64,000 nt of DNA from an uncultured Actinomycetota bacterium (GCA_963733395.1 CAVTCZ010000017.1:3368-67367), one strand, 5' to 3'; shown: positions 39,941 through 52,405, counted from the first letter of the stretch. A program made the numbers and translations. Notes: generated by a model not told the origin, from the sequence alone.

Positions 39941-41305
39941 GTGAAGAGCACCGTTGAGAATCTGTCCGAGACCCGCGTCAAGCTCACGGTCGAAATCCCC
40001 TTCGAGGACCTGAACGACTCGATCCAGCAGGCTTACAAGAACATCGCCTCGCAGGTGAACGTGCCGGGCTTCCGCCGCGGCAAGGTGCCGACCCGGATCA
40101 TCGACCAGCGCTTCGGCCGCGGAGTGGTGCTCGAGGAGGTCGTGAACCAAGAGGTTCCGAAGGCCTATGACGAGGCGGTCCGCGAGAACGAGCTGCGCCC
40201 GCTCGGTCAGCCGGCCGTCGAGGTGACACAGATCGAGGACGGCGAGCTGATCTCCTTCACCGCCGAGGTCGACATCACGCCGGAGTTCGACCTGCCCGAC
40301 TACAAGGGCCTCGAGGTCGAGGTGGCCGACTCGGTGGTCTCCGATGAGGACGTGGAGGAGCAGGTCGAGCAACTGCGCAAGCGGTTTGCGACCGTGACGC
40401 CCGTGGAGCGTGCCGCTGCTGCCGGCGACCTGGTGCTGGTGGATGTCACTGGCGAACTCGACGGCGAGCAGATCGAGGACTTCGCCGGCACCGCGCTGAC
40501 GTTCGAGGTGGGTGCCGAGGGTGTGATCGACGGGTTCGCCGAGGCCGTCACCGGCACCTCCGAGGGCGACACGGTCACCTTCGAGCACACCCCAGACGAG
40601 GGGCCGTACGAGGGCAAGGCGGTGACGATCACTGTCGACCTCAAGGGAGTGCGGGAGCGCACCCTGCCCGCCGCCGACGATGAGTTCGCCCAGCTGGCCA
40701 GCGAGTTCGACACCATGGACGAACTGCGTGCGGACCTCAAGACCAAGCTGCAGGGGAACCGGTTGCTCGAGCAGGGATATGAAGCGCGCGAGAAGGTTGC
40801 CGAGTTGCTGCTGGAACTGGTCGAGTTCCCGCTGCCCGAGGGGTTCCTGCAGGCGCAGATCGACGAGCACTTCACCGATGGCCACGGTGATTCCGAGCAC
40901 CGCGCGGAGGTGGAGCAGAACACCCGCCAGTCTCTGAAGTCGCAACTGATCCTGGACAAGATCGCCGACACCGAGGAGCTGGGTGTGGAGCAGGCCGAGC
41001 TGGTCCAGTGGCTGGTCCAGCAGGCGCCGCGCTACGGCATGTCGGCCGACCAGTTCGCCAACGCCCTGGCCGAGGCCGGGCAGGTGGGCACGGCCGTCGC
41101 CGACGTGCGCCGGAGCAAGGCGCTGGCCGTGGTGCTGCAAGCCGCGACGGTCACCGATGCCTCCGGCAACCCCATTGACCTGAGCTCGTTGGACGCCTCC
41201 GAGATCGACGAGGTCGAGGACGCCGTCGAGGACATGCTGGCCGAGGAAGAACTCGAGGAAGAACTCGAGGAAGAGCTCGAGGAAGCCGACGCCGAACAGA
41301 AGTGA
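39941..41305 (+). CDS. tig: Trigger factor
   Basis: [24 protein letters not shown]...[10 protein letters not shown]..., with an acidic C-terminal tail. Conserved tig-clpP-clpX synteny. Confidence 0.95.
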   Translation: MKSTVENLSETRVKLTVEIPFEDLNDSIQQAYKNIASQVNVPGFRRGKVPTRIIDQRFGRGVVLEEVVNQEVPKAYDEAVRENELRPLGQPAVEVTQIEDGELISFTAEVDITPEFDLPDYKGLEVEVADSVVSDEDVEEQVEQLRKRFATVTPVERAAAAGDLVLVDVTGELDGEQIEDFAGTALTFEVGAEGVIDGFAEAVTGTSEGDTVTFEHTPDEGPYEGKAVTITVDLKGVRERTLPAADDEFAQLASEFDTMDELRADLKTKLQGNRLLEQGYEAREKVAELLLELVEFPLPEGFLQAQIDEHFTDGHGDSEHRAEVEQNTRQSLKSQLILDKIADTEELGVEQAELVQWLVQQAPRYGMSADQFANALAEAGQVGTAVADVRRSKALAVVLQAATVTDASGNPIDLSSLDASEIDEVEDAVEDMLAEEELEEELEEELEEADAEQK

Positions 41306-41411
41306 CGTCGCCACACGCCGACAGCGAACAAACCCGCTTTCCGGGATGGTCGTGTCGCAGGTCGGCGTTAGGGTCGATAAGACAGTCAACGCAGACGGAA
41401 GGCAGCCTGGA

Positions 41412-42029
41412 GTGAACGACTTCACCCCCCAGGGCCGGGGACCCCAGCCGGGTCCGATGGCCTACGACGACTCGGTGTTCCAGCGCCTGCTCAAGGAGCG
41501 CATCATCTTCTTGGGCTCGCCGGTGGAGGACACGGTCGCCAACCTGATCTGTGCGCAGATGTTGCTGCTGGCCGCCGAGGACCCCGACCGCGACATCTAC
41601 CTCTACATCAACTCACCTGGCGGCTCGATCTCCGCGGGCATGGCCATCTACGACACGATGCAGTTCGTCCGCAACGACGTGGCCACGGTGGCCATGGGAC
41701 TGGCCGCGTCCATGGGCCAGTTCCTGCTCAGCTCGGGCGCCCCCGGCAAGCGGTACAGCCTGCCGCACGCGCGGATCATGATGCACCAGCCCTCCGGCGG
41801 TATCGGCGGCACGGCCTCGGACATCAAGATCCAAGCCGAGCAGATGCTGTACATCAAGAAGCAGATGGCCAAGCTCATCGCCGAGCAGACCGGTCAGACG
41901 ATCGAGCAGATCGAGTCCGACTCCGACCGTGACCGGTGGTTCTCCGCCGATGAGGCCAAGGACTACGGATTCATCGACCACGTGGTGCAGCGCGCTGCCG
42001 ACGTGACCGGAAGTGGAGGGACCGCCTGA
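41412..42029 (+). CDS. clpP1: ATP-dependent Clp protease proteolytic subunit
   Basis: [33 protein letters not shown] and MMHQPSGG. The GTG start at 41412 is chosen behind a purine-rich stretch (ggaaggcagcctggag). Confidence 0.9.
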   Translation: MNDFTPQGRGPQPGPMAYDDSVFQRLLKERIIFLGSPVEDTVANLICAQMLLLAAEDPDRDIYLYINSPGGSISAGMAIYDTMQFVRNDVATVAMGLAASMGQFLLSSGAPGKRYSLPHARIMMHQPSGGIGGTASDIKIQAEQMLYIKKQMAKLIAEQTGQTIEQIESDSDRDRWFSADEAKDYGFIDHVVQRAADVTGSGGTA

Positions 42030-42655
42030 TGGACGCCCAGTCTTTGCTGCTGCCGCAGAGCCGGTACGTGCTGCCGGAGTTCCGCGAGCGCACCTCCACC
42101 GGCGAGCGGGTCCACAACCCGTACACCAAGCTGTTCGAGGAGCGGATCATCTTCCTCGGGGTCCAGATCGACGACGCCAGCGCCGATGACGTCATGGCGC
42201 AGTTGCTGTGCTTGGAGTCGATGGACACCGACCGTGACATTCAGATCTACATCAACTCGCCGGGTGGCTCGTACACGGCGATGACTGCGATCTACGACAC
42301 CATGCAGTTCGTCAAGCCGCAGGTCCAGACCGTGTGCCTCGGCCAGGCCGCTTCCGCCGCGGCGGTGCTGCTCGCTGCCGGTGCCCCCGGCAAGCGGTTC
42401 GCGTTGCCGCACGCCCGTGTGCTCATCCACCAGCCGTACACCGAGGGTGGTGGCCAGGGATCAGACATCGAGATCCAGGCCAACGAGATCCTGCGGATGC
42501 GTGCCGAGATGGAGGGCATCCTGTCCCACCACACGGGTCGCACCGTCGAGCAGATCCAGAACGACATCGAGCGCGACAAGATCCTCACGGCCGAGGACGC
42601 CAAGGAGTACGGCGTCGTCGACCATGTGCTGACGTCGCGCAAGGCGGTCTCGTAG
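42029..42655 (+). CDS. clpP2: ATP-dependent Clp protease proteolytic subunit
   Basis: [33 protein letters not shown] and LIHQPY. The ATG overlaps the clpP1 stop. Confidence 0.9.
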   Translation: MDAQSLLLPQSRYVLPEFRERTSTGERVHNPYTKLFEERIIFLGVQIDDASADDVMAQLLCLESMDTDRDIQIYINSPGGSYTAMTAIYDTMQFVKPQVQTVCLGQAASAAAVLLAAGAPGKRFALPHARVLIHQPYTEGGGQGSDIEIQANEILRMRAEMEGILSHHTGRTVEQIQNDIERDKILTAEDAKEYGVVDHVLTSRKAVS

Positions 42656-42766
42656 CCGCGTCCGGGCGACACCGTCTCGACAAGTGCGCGCCACGCGGCG
42701 CGTTACGGGCGGACTCGGGGTACCGTCGAATAGGTAAGTCGATTTCACCCGCAGAAGGGACAACTG

Positions 42767-44034
<1,268 letters not shown>

Positions 44035-44038
<4 letters not shown>

Positions 44039-44340
44039 CCGTAGCGGTCATCTTCACCAGTACCAGGACCCCCGAAGATGAAGCCGCCTACGCGGCCATG
44101 GCTGCCGAGATGGAACGGCTGGCCGCTGCACAAGACGGGTACCTCGGCATCGACTCGGTGCGTGATCCCGGGTCGGGGGAGGGCATCACGGTGTCGTACT
44201 GGCGCGACGAACAGGCAGCACGCGCCTGGAAGCAGGTCGCGGAGCACCTCGACGCGCAGCGTCTCGGACGGGAGCGGTGGTATGCGCAGTATCGGGTCGT
44301 GGTGGCGGAGGTGACCCGGGAGTACCGGGGACCTCAGTAG
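44035..44340 (+). CDS. Antibiotic-biosynthesis-monooxygenase (ABM) family protein
   Basis: 101 aa: [44 protein letters not shown]...[17 protein letters not shown]. Confidence 0.65.
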
Positions 44341-45154
44341 GAGCAGTCCTTGGCGCCGCGGATCCACACCAGACCCGAGATCTCCTCGGTGGGTGGGCTG
44401 AGGTTCGGATCTGCGTTGTACCAGTAGCGTCCGGTCACCGAGCCGTCCGGCTGCACGAACCAGGTGTAGATGCGATCTTGTCCGTCACCGTAGTCGAAGT
44501 CGTAAGGATACGCCCCATGCGCCGTTGGCCTTCTGCTCGGCACCCAGCACCTCGAAGGGTTTCGGGTAGTTCGTGATGTCCGCGCCCGGAGGCGCTGGTC
44601 AACCGGCAATACACCTGCGTGTAGTTGGCGAAATGCCCGTACCGTTCCTCGACTGAAGCACGACGGTCCCCAGCCCTGCCGGGCAGTTGGTGAACGTCGA
44701 GTCGAGGAAGTACCCCTTGATCGCGTCCCAGGCCGAGTTACCCGTCCGGTCGACCCCGGGCGCGTCGAACAGGGGCAGGGGCGGGTGGCCGGGAGCCGCG
44801 GGGCGGCGTGGTGCCTCCCACCGTGGTCTTGAGAGTGCGCTGCTTGCCGCCGATCCGCGCCTTGATCTTGGCCTTGGTGCCCGACAGCGCGGCGAGGGTC
44901 GGCGCCGAGAGCTTCTTGGTCCGCCAGGACTTGCCGGACTTGCTCAGCGAGTAGCGCTTCCCAGACACGACCAGTGCCGCTTTGCTCGGCTGCTTGCCGG
45001 TGAACTTGACCACCACCCGGCTGCCCTGGATGACAGCCGTCGGGGCGGCGGTCAAGGTCTGGCTCGGGTGAGCCGTCGCGGGCGCACCGACCAATCCGAT
45101 GGTCAGCGCCATTGCCGACAACACGGTGAGCACGACTCGGGTGATTGCCCTCAT
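44334..45154 (-). pseudogene. Secreted hypothetical protein, multiply frame-disrupted
   Basis: Signal peptide MRAITRVVLTVLSAMALTIGLVGAPATA precedes an Ig-like segment. Sensible pieces follow in different frames: PLPLFDAPGVDRTGNSAWDAIKGYFLDSTFTNCPAGLGTVVLQSRNGTG; HFANYTQVYC; DITNYPKPFEVLGAEQKANGAWG; [59 protein letters not shown]. Confidence 0.5.
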
Positions 45155-45211
45155 ACCACCAGCGTAGATCCGAACGTCGTGCACCGACAAGCACGCCTGA
45201 CCGGTGGTCGT

Positions 45212-46201
45212 TCAGCCGGCGCCGTCGCCCATCCGGATCAGGCGGTCGGTGTTGCCATGGACCTCGAGACCGGAGGAGGTCCCCACGTCGTCGATGAGTG
45301 CGGTTCCATGCGCATCGAACAGTCGCAGTTGGATGGTCGAGTCGAGGGTCTCCTCCACCCGCTTGTGCATTTCGGTCCGGATCGGCGCGTGCAGGAAGGC
45401 GCCGCCCGGGCGGGTGGCCTTGATCTCCAGACGACTCCCGTCGCGCCCGGCCGCCGTGAGCCAGACATGTTCGTCGTCGATGCGCAGTTCCTTGACCTTC
45501 GCGCCCGTGTAGGAGGCGAAGCGGTACAACCGACCGGCGTGCCGCAAGCCGATCAGGAGACCCTGGAAACTGCCCCTCAACCAGGGGATGATCGCCACCG
45601 AGGCCATGAGGCTCGTCGTCGGATCGGCGAAGTGGTTGGTGTGCATCCACACGTATCCGTCCGGGAAGGCCTGCCCCCAGTCCTTCTCGATGTAGCCCCG
45701 GCCCCCGGTGAAGTCCCATTGCGTACCGTCCAGCTCCACGGTCCCGGAAAGCCCGTGCCCGAAGGAGACCACCCCGTGGTAGCACTCCATGAAGGGCATC
45801 CAGGCGTACCAGCCCATGGCCCCCGGGGAGCGTCACGTCACCGGCCACGGGTCCAGCGGCCGCTGGAAGTCGACGCGTCCGCTCAGACCGAGGTCGGGGA
45901 TGTCGAGCACGACGCCGCCGGCCGAGAAGCGGTTCGGGCCGACCTGCACGGCGAAGGAATCCGAGGCGGCAGTGAATTCGGACAGCGGGTAGGGCGTGTA
46001 CCAACTGCGGCCGGTCGTCCCGTCGAGGACCTGCACGAAGGCCTCGTGCGGACCGTTCTCCTCCGGCGCCAGGAACACGCCGGGGATCACCGCCAGCCGA
46101 GCGTGCTGCGCCGGGTCGACGAGTTTGACGTACCAGCCCTCGAAGTACTTCGAGCGGCGACCGGCACCGTGGTAGCCGTCGGGTTTGAGCACGCTGCGCA
46201 C
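45212..46201 (-). pseudogene. Tocopherol-cyclase-family protein interrupted by an in-frame TGA
   Basis: ORFs 45833-46201 and 45212-45817 share one frame (the stop at 45833-45835 and the next ATG at 45815-45817 are 18 nt apart). Read-through gives ...RPLDPWPVT*RSPGAMGWYAWMPFMECYHGVVSFGH...GYIEKDWGQAFP.... Confidence 0.65.
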
Positions 46202-46296
46202 CCTGCCAGCCTGCCAGGGGTTGCGGTGCAGCGAAAGTCGGGAATCCGGGAGGCGTCACCGCGCCCAGGTTGTCAGCGGTTGCGCGTCGCGCGAGT

Positions 46297-46344
46297 GTTG
46301 CGCGGTTGTCGGTTTCGGGGCCCTGAAACCAGCAACGGCGCAAC
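46297..46344. terminator. Hairpin just downstream of the valS stop
   Basis: GTTGCGCGGTTGTCGGTTTC GGGGCCCT GAAACCAGCAACGGCGCAAC, about 17 of 20 stem positions paired. Confidence 0.4.
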
Positions 46345-46390
46345 AGTCGCACGGCCTACCAACCACCGCGCACCGGTGGCAACGGCTGCC

Positions 46391-48919
46391 TCAGCCGGCC
46401 AGTTCCGCGATCACGTCGAACGTCTCGCCGGCCTGGATGCTCAGCGGGGTGTCCAATCCGCCGGCGGCCTCCAGATCGGTGCGGGCGGCCTCGACGTGGG
46501 CGGCCTGGTCCGCTGGGGCCTTGATCAAGCCGTGAGCCAGCCGCGCGCGCATCGACACCTTGTTGTCGCTCTTGACCTTGCGCAGCGCGGTGAGCACCTG
46601 GCCGGCCGTGGCGAGCACCGCCGGGTCGCCCGCGTCGGGCAACTCCTCGGGTGCCGGCCATGCAGCCTTGTGCACACTGCCCTCCTGCCACCACGACCAG
46701 ACCTCCTCGGTCACGAACGGCAGGATCGGTGCGAACAGGCGCAACTGAACGGACAACGCCCGCGCCAGTGCCGCCCCGGCCGAGGCGGCGGATTGCTCCC
46801 CGTACGCGCCGTGCGCCCGTTCCTTGACCAGTTCGATGTAGTCGTCGCAGAAGGACCAGAAGAAGGTCTCGGCCAGTTCCAGCGCGCGCGCGTAGTTGTA
46901 GTCCTCGAACGCGGCGCTGGCCTGCTCGACCACCTGCTTGAGGCCGGCCAGCATCGACAGGTCCAGTGGCTCGGTGACAGGTGCGTCCGGATCGCCCGCG
47001 AAGGACAGGGCGAACTTCGAGGCGTTGAGGATCTTGATGGCCAAGCGTCGCCCGACCTTCATCTGCGCCTCGTCGTACGCGGTGTCGGTCCCGGGCCTGC
47101 CGCTGGCGGCCCAGTAGCGCACGGCATCGGCGCCGTGCTGGTCGAGCAGGCCCATCGGAGTGACCACGTTGCCCTTGGACTTGGACATCTTCTTGCGGTC
47201 GGGATCCAGGATCCAGCCGCTGATGGCCGCGTGCCGCCAGGGCAGGCAGTCGTCCTCGAGGTGCGCCCGCACCACACTCGAGAACAACCAGGTGCGGATG
47301 ATCTCGTGGGCCTGCGGGCGCAGGTCCATGGGGTACACCCGCCGCCACAGGTCGGGGTCCCACTCCCAGCCACCGGCGATCTGCGGGGTCAGGGAACTGG
47401 TGGCCCAGGTGTCCATGACGTCCGGGTCGGCCAGGAACCCGCCGGGCTTGCCGCGCTGGTCCTCGGTGTAGCCGGCCGGCGCCTGGTCGCTCGGGTCGAT
47501 CGGCAGTTCGGCCTCATCCGGGGTGAGCACCGTGGAGTAGTCCGGGTTGCCGTCGGCGTCGATCGCGTACCAGATCGGGATCGGGACGCCGAAGAATCGC
47601 TGGCGCGAGACCAGCCAGTCACCGTTGAGCCCCTCCACCCAGGTGCGGTAGCGGACCTGCATGTGCGGCGGGTGCCAGTCGAGTTCGCTGCCGCGCGCGA
47701 TCAACGCCGCACGCAGGTCCTCGTCGCGGCCGCCGTTGCGGATGTACCACTGCCGGGTGGTCACGATCTCGAGCGGCTTGTCGCCCTTCTCGAAGAACTT
47801 GACCGGGTGGGTGATCGCCCGGACGTCGCCGACGAGGTCCCCGGAGTCGCGCAACAACTGGGCCATGCGCTCCTTGGCGGTGAACATCGTGGCACCGGCG
47901 ATCGCCTCGTAGGCCGCGCGGCCCTGGTCGGTCGTGATCCACTCCGGGACGCCGTGGAGCACCCGGCCGTCCCAGCCGACGATGGGCCGGGTCGGCAGTT
48001 GCAGTTCCCGCCACCAGGTCACGTCGGTGGTGTCGCCGAACGTGCAGATCATGGCGATGCCGGAGCCCTTCTCGGGATCGGCCAGTTGATGGGCCACGAC
48101 CGGGACCTCGACGCCGAACACCGGCGTTGTGACCGTCTGGCCGAACAGCGGCTGGTAGCGCTCGTCATCGGGGTGGGCGACCAGCGCGACACATGCGGCC
48201 AGCAGCTCCGGCCGGGTGGTCTCGATGTAGATGCGCTCGTCACCGTGGTGGAAGCCGACCCGGTGGTAGGCGCCGGGGCGCTCCCGGTCCTCGAGTTCGG
48301 CTTGCGCCACCGCCGTGCGGAAGGTGACGTCCCACAACGTCGGCGCCTCGGCCTGGTAGGCCTCACCGCGGGCGAGATTGCGCAGGAACGCACGCTGCGA
48401 AACGGCGCGGGCGCGCTCGTCGATGGTCTGGTAGTGGTGGTTCCAGTCGACCGACAGCCCAAGTCGGCGCCACAAGTCCTCGAAGGCCTTCTCGTCCTCC
48501 TCGGTGAGCCGCTCGCACAGTTCCACGAAGTTGCGCCGCGAGATCGGCCGCTGCTCCTTGCCGCCGGGCTCGACCTGCAGATCGGGGTCGTAGTGCAGGG
48601 AGGGCTCGCAGCGCACGCCGAAGTAGTTCTGCACCCGCCGTTCGGTGGGCAGGCCGTTGTCGTCCCATCCCATCGGGTAGAACACCTCGAGGCCCCGCAT
48701 CCGCTTGTACCGGGCGATGCAGTCGGTGTGCGTGTAGCTGAAGACGTGCCCCACGTGCAGGGAGCCGCTCACGGTCGGCGGCGGGGTGTCGATGCTGTAG
48801 ATGTCGTCGCGGGTCCGGGTCCGGTCGAAGGCATAGAGCTGCTGATCCTGCCACTGGGCCGCCCATTTGCCGTCGAGGCCGTCCACGCTGGGACGGTCGG
48901 GAATCCGCGGGTTGTTCAT
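46391..48919 (-). CDS. valS: Valine--tRNA ligase
   Basis: 842-aa intact ORF with PPPTVSGSLHVGH (HIGH) and KMSKSKGN (KMSKS). Confidence 0.95.
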   Translation of the reverse strand: MNNPRIPDRPSVDGLDGKWAAQWQDQQLYAFDRTRTRDDIYSIDTPPPTVSGSLHVGHVFSYTHTDCIARYKRMRGLEVFYPMGWDDNGLPTERRVQNYFGVRCEPSLHYDPDLQVEPGGKEQRPISRRNFVELCERLTEEDEKAFEDLWRRLGLSVDWNHHYQTIDERARAVSQRAFLRNLARGEAYQAEAPTLWDVTFRTAVAQAELEDRERPGAYHRVGFHHGDERIYIETTRPELLAACVALVAHPDDERYQPLFGQTVTTPVFGVEVPVVAHQLADPEKGSGIAMICTFGDTTDVTWWRELQLPTRPIVGWDGRVLHGVPEWITTDQGRAAYEAIAGATMFTAKERMAQLLRDSGDLVGDVRAITHPVKFFEKGDKPLEIVTTRQWYIRNGGRDEDLRAALIARGSELDWHPPHMQVRYRTWVEGLNGDWLVSRQRFFGVPIPIWYAIDADGNPDYSTVLTPDEAELPIDPSDQAPAGYTEDQRGKPGGFLADPDVMDTWATSSLTPQIAGGWEWDPDLWRRVYPMDLRPQAHEIIRTWLFSSVVRAHLEDDCLPWRHAAISGWILDPDRKKMSKSKGNVVTPMGLLDQHGADAVRYWAASGRPGTDTAYDEAQMKVGRRLAIKILNASKFALSFAGDPDAPVTEPLDLSMLAGLKQVVEQASAAFEDYNYARALELAETFFWSFCDDYIELVKERAHGAYGEQSAASAGAALARALSVQLRLFAPILPFVTEEVWSWWQEGSVHKAAWPAPEELPDAGDPAVLATAGQVLTALRKVKSDNKVSMRARLAHGLIKAPADQAAHVEAARTDLEAAGGLDTPLSIQAGETFDVIAELAG

Positions 48920-49054
48920 GGTTACCGAGTCTATTCCGGCGCGGCACGACCGGATTGAGCCCTCCGGGGTCGGGGCCGGGTGATCCGGGAGGGTCGTTGC
49001 CGCGCAGTGGGGTCGCCGTGTCGGTGTGGGACCGGGGCAGCCGTGCTGTGCTGC

Positions 49055-50650
49055 CTACAGCGTCGCCACGAACACGTCACTCACGCCGTTGGTGTCGCCG
49101 GGCGCCAGATCGGGGTAGCTTGCGGTGAACGCGATGCGGCTGCTGTCCGGCGACCACGCGGGGTCAGAGGCGCCGTAGTACCCGTATTGCGAACAGTACG
49201 TTTCGCCGCTCTCGTCGTCGTACTCGTAGGAGGCGCAGAACGAGCCGTGCGTCGGATCTGCCAGCTGGGTGATCGTTCCGGTCACCAGGTTCTTCACGAT
49301 CACCGTGGACGGTCCGTTGCTGCTGCTGGCGATGTAGGCCACCTTCTGGCCGTCCGGCGACCACACGGGGTCGGTGGCGTCCCAGACAGTCTGCACGCCA
49401 CCCGGCGCCGTGGACACGCGTGTCACGGGACTGCCCGTGGCGTAGATGTCACGGGCCTCGTTGGTGTCCGAGGTGAGCAGTGGCGTGATCGTGCTGAACG
49501 CGATCGACGATCCGCCGGGCGCCCAGGACGGCGGTCCCAGCGCGCCATGGTCACTGGTGACCGCAGCGATCGACCCACCGTCCCCGGTGGCGGTGAAGAC
49601 GTCGTAGGTCCGCACCCAGTCCGTCGTCGCCGGGTCGAAGTAGTCCGAGCCGGCGGTGAAAGCGATCCGGCCGTCGGTGGACCAGCGCGCACCCTCGGTG
49701 CGCTCGCCGGTGCCGGTCCGCGCGACCGCGCCCCCGACCAGCGTCTTGATGTAGATGTTCCCGGACCCCGCCGCCAGGTTCGTCGCGGACGAACGGAACA
49801 TGACCCGGGTGCTGTCCGGCGACCACTGCGGATCATGGGCCGCTGCGGGGGAGCCCGCCATGTTGGCGCCGGCCTGGGTCTGGGAGACCCGCTGCGGGTT
49901 GGTGCCAGTCGCCGAGACGACGTAGACGTCCTTGTTCGTGTCCGTGTCGCCGGCGACCAGCTTCGTCATGGTGGTGAACGCGAGCCGGGTGCCGTCGGGC
50001 GACCAGGCCGGTTCGCCGCCCCAGTCGTAGATGTCGGTCATGCGGGTGTTGGCGATCCGCGCGACCGCGCCGTCGGCGAGGTGGGCCTGGTAGAGGTAGC
50101 AGAAGGTGTCGGGGGTGCCGCCGAGATTGCCGGCGCAGGAACTGAACGCAACGCTCTGACCGTCGGGGGACCAGGTCGGGTCCACAGATGCCTTGTCCCC
50201 GGGCACGCCGGTCGCGTTCTTCGAAATCAGCGCTATCGAACTGGGCGCGAGCGCCTCCGGGAACGGCGTCGCCGGCGGTTCCTGCGGTTCGGTCACCGGC
50301 GGCGTGGGATTCGTCTGCTTGCTGTACGTGACCTTCACCCGCAGCCCCTTGTGCTTGCTGACTTTGCCCTTCTTCGGTCGAGCCTTCCCGGTCCAGGTTC
50401 CTGCCGGGGTGGTGAGCTTGCGGGGCACGATGCGGTAACTGCCCGGCTTGAGGTGTCGGAGGGTGCGGGTGCCCCGGGTCTTGATGGACTTGTCGGTGGG
50501 CCCTTTGACCACGATCTTGGCCTTCGCCCCCTTGGGCACGCCGTGCACAGCGAGGGCGATCGTGCGCCCGGGGGGCGGCTGTTTGGCGACCGCCGGGGCG
50601 GTCGGGATCACCAGAGTCAGTGCCACAACCAGGAAGATCGGGCGTCTCAC
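49055..50650 (-). CDS. Secreted TolB-like beta-propeller (PD40/WD40-like repeat) protein
   Basis: The GTG at 50650 lies 8 nt after GGAGG. Signal peptide VRRPIFLVVALTLVIPTAPAVA. Repeated WSPDG motifs (WSPDGQSVAF, WSPDGTRLAF, WSPDSTRVMF, WSPDGQKVAY, WSPDSSRIAF). Confidence 0.75.
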   Translation of the reverse strand: MRRPIFLVVALTLVIPTAPAVAKQPPPGRTIALAVHGVPKGAKAKIVVKGPTDKSIKTRGTRTLRHLKPGSYRIVPRKLTTPAGTWTGKARPKKGKVSKHKGLRVKVTYSKQTNPTPPVTEPQEPPATPFPEALAPSSIALISKNATGVPGDKASVDPTWSPDGQSVAFSSCAGNLGGTPDTFCYLYQAHLADGAVARIANTRMTDIYDWGGEPAWSPDGTRLAFTTMTKLVAGDTDTNKDVYVVSATGTNPQRVSQTQAGANMAGSPAAAHDPQWSPDSTRVMFRSSATNLAAGSGNIYIKTLVGGAVARTGTGERTEGARWSTDGRIAFTAGSDYFDPATTDWVRTYDVFTATGDGGSIAAVTSDHGALGPPSWAPGGSSIAFSTITPLLTSDTNEARDIYATGSPVTRVSTAPGGVQTVWDATDPVWSPDGQKVAYIASSSNGPSTVIVKNLVTGTITQLADPTHGSFCASYEYDDESGETYCSQYGYYGASDPAWSPDSSRIAFTASYPDLAPGDTNGVSDVFVATL

Positions 50651-50768
50651 CGTGTCCACCTCCAACCGGTGGACCGCGCTCCCGCCACGTAGTCGCGGGC
50701 GCGCCGGACCACTACCTCCAGGGTACGCCCGCACGCAGTCGCGCGGCCGACGGTCGTAGCCTGATCCG

Positions 50769-52097
50769 GTGACCACAGACCATCCGGCGTCCGAGTTCGA
50801 AGCCGTTCAGCGTGCCCTGCTCGCCCGCTGGCCCGAGCACAAGATCGCGCCGGACCTGGACCGGATCGAGCAGTTGTGCGATCTGCTGGCCGATCCCCAG
50901 CTCACCTGTCCGACGATCCATGTGGCCGGCACCAACGGCAAGACGTCGGTGGCCCGGATCATCGAGGCGGTGCTGCGGGCGATGGGCCTGCGCACGGGCC
51001 TGATGACCAGCCCGGCGCTGCGGGACGTGACCGAGCGACTGGAACTCGACGGCGAGCCGGTGTCGACCGAGCGGTTCGTGGAGGGTTACCGGCAGATCGA
51101 GCCGTTCGTGGACCTGGTGGACGCGGAGTCGGTGGCCGCCGGTGGCCCACCGATGACCATGTTCGAGGTCCTCACCGGCTTGGGCTACGCGTTGTTCGCC
51201 GATGCTCCGGTGGACGTGGCCATCATCGAAACCGGGATGGGCGGCCGATGGGACGCCACCAACGTCAACCAGGCGCAGGTCGCCGTGATCACCCCGATCG
51301 GGATGGATCACACGGACTATCTCGGCGACACGCTGGCGCAGATCGCCGGCGAGAAGGCCGGCATCATCAAGTCCGGGGCCACGGTCGCACTCGCGGAGCA
51401 GGAGCCCGAGGCGCTCGCGGTGCTGATGCAGGCAGCAGATGACGCAGGTGCCAGGGTGCTGCTGCCGGGTGCGGACTACGAGTTGGTGTCGCGCGGGCTG
51501 GCCGTGGGGGGACAGGTGGTCACGATCCGTGTCGCCGACCACGTCTACGAGGAGCTCTTCCTCAACCTGCACGGCCGGCATCAAGCGACCAATGCGGCGC
51601 TGGCGCTGTCGGCGGTGTTCGGCTTCTTGGGGCGACTGCCCGAGCCGGACATCGTGGCCGAGGCGTTCGCCGACGTGCACTCGCCCGGACGGCTCGAGGT
51701 GATCGGACGGCACCCGTTGACGCTGGCCGACGCCGCCCACAACCCGCACGGCATGCAGGCCGCGGCGGTCGGGGTCGCCGAATCCTTCACGTACAACCGG
51801 TTGGTGGCCGTGCTGGCGATCATGGGGGACAAGGACATCGAGCCCATGCTGCAGACATTGGCGCAGGTCGTCGATGAGGTCGTGGTGACGGTCAACGACT
51901 CGCCGCGCTGCCTGCCCGCCGCCGAACTGGCCGCGCGGGCGCGGACCCACTGGTCGGCTGCCTCGGTGCACGAGATGGACGGCTTCGCCGAGGCGATGGT
52001 CAAGGGCCGTGAACTGGCCGGCCCGGACGGCTGTGTGCTGGCCACCGGGTCTGTGGTCACCGCCGGGATGGCCCGCAGTTGGGCGGCGCAGGCATGA
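50769..52097 (+). CDS. folC: Folylpolyglutamate synthase / dihydrofolate synthase
   Basis: HVAGTNGKTS and a Mur-ligase layout. Conserved valS-folC-ndk neighbourhood. Confidence 0.9.
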   Translation: MTTDHPASEFEAVQRALLARWPEHKIAPDLDRIEQLCDLLADPQLTCPTIHVAGTNGKTSVARIIEAVLRAMGLRTGLMTSPALRDVTERLELDGEPVSTERFVEGYRQIEPFVDLVDAESVAAGGPPMTMFEVLTGLGYALFADAPVDVAIIETGMGGRWDATNVNQAQVAVITPIGMDHTDYLGDTLAQIAGEKAGIIKSGATVALAEQEPEALAVLMQAADDAGARVLLPGADYELVSRGLAVGGQVVTIRVADHVYEELFLNLHGRHQATNAALALSAVFGFLGRLPEPDIVAEAFADVHSPGRLEVIGRHPLTLADAAHNPHGMQAAAVGVAESFTYNRLVAVLAIMGDKDIEPMLQTLAQVVDEVVVTVNDSPRCLPAAELAARARTHWSAASVHEMDGFAEAMVKGRELAGPDGCVLATGSVVTAGMARSWAAQA

Positions 52098-52405
52098 GGG
52101 TCATCGGGTCGGCCACCTTGATCTTCCAAGCGATCGTGTTCGCCCTGGCCATCCCCGTCGCCGCTGCGCTCAAGCCAGGCGTCGGTGGCTGGGTCGCCGC
52201 CGGGCTCATGGTGCTGGCGATCGTCGGGGCAGCGACCGCTCGGCGCGGTGACATCGTGGTGGGAACGGTCACCCAGGTGGCCTCCGTGCTCGCCAGCCTC
52301 TTCGTGCCGATCACGATCGCGTTGGCCCTGATCTTCGCCGGGTTGTGGGCCACCGCGGTCTACTACGGGCGCAAGGCCGACGCCGCGGATGCCGCCCGGG
52401 GTTGA
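52094..52405 (+). CDS. DUF4233-like small membrane protein
   Basis: MRVIGSATLIFQAIVFALAIPVAAAL.... The ATG overlaps the folC stop. Usual position between folC and ndk. Confidence 0.7.
   Translation: MRVIGSATLIFQAIVFALAIPVAAALKPGVGGWVAAGLMVLAIVGAATARRGDIVVGTVTQVASVLASLFVPITIALALIFAGLWATAVYYGRKADAADAARG

Noticed and set aside
45833-45835. TGA as selenocysteine
   Set aside because: This is not a family known to me to use Sec, and I saw no convincing downstream SECIS-like hairpin. It is treated as a nonsense codon pending read and orthologue checks.
44334-46352. 672-aa minus-strand ORF
   Set aside because: Only its last ~60 codons ([11 protein letters not shown]...KDCSY) look like protein. The rest reads out of frame through two other genes.
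44687-48958. 1423-aa plus-strand ORF
   Set aside because: It is antisense to valS, the tocopherol-cyclase-like gene and the secreted-protein gene. It has no recognisable motifs and shows the high-GC antisense artefact.
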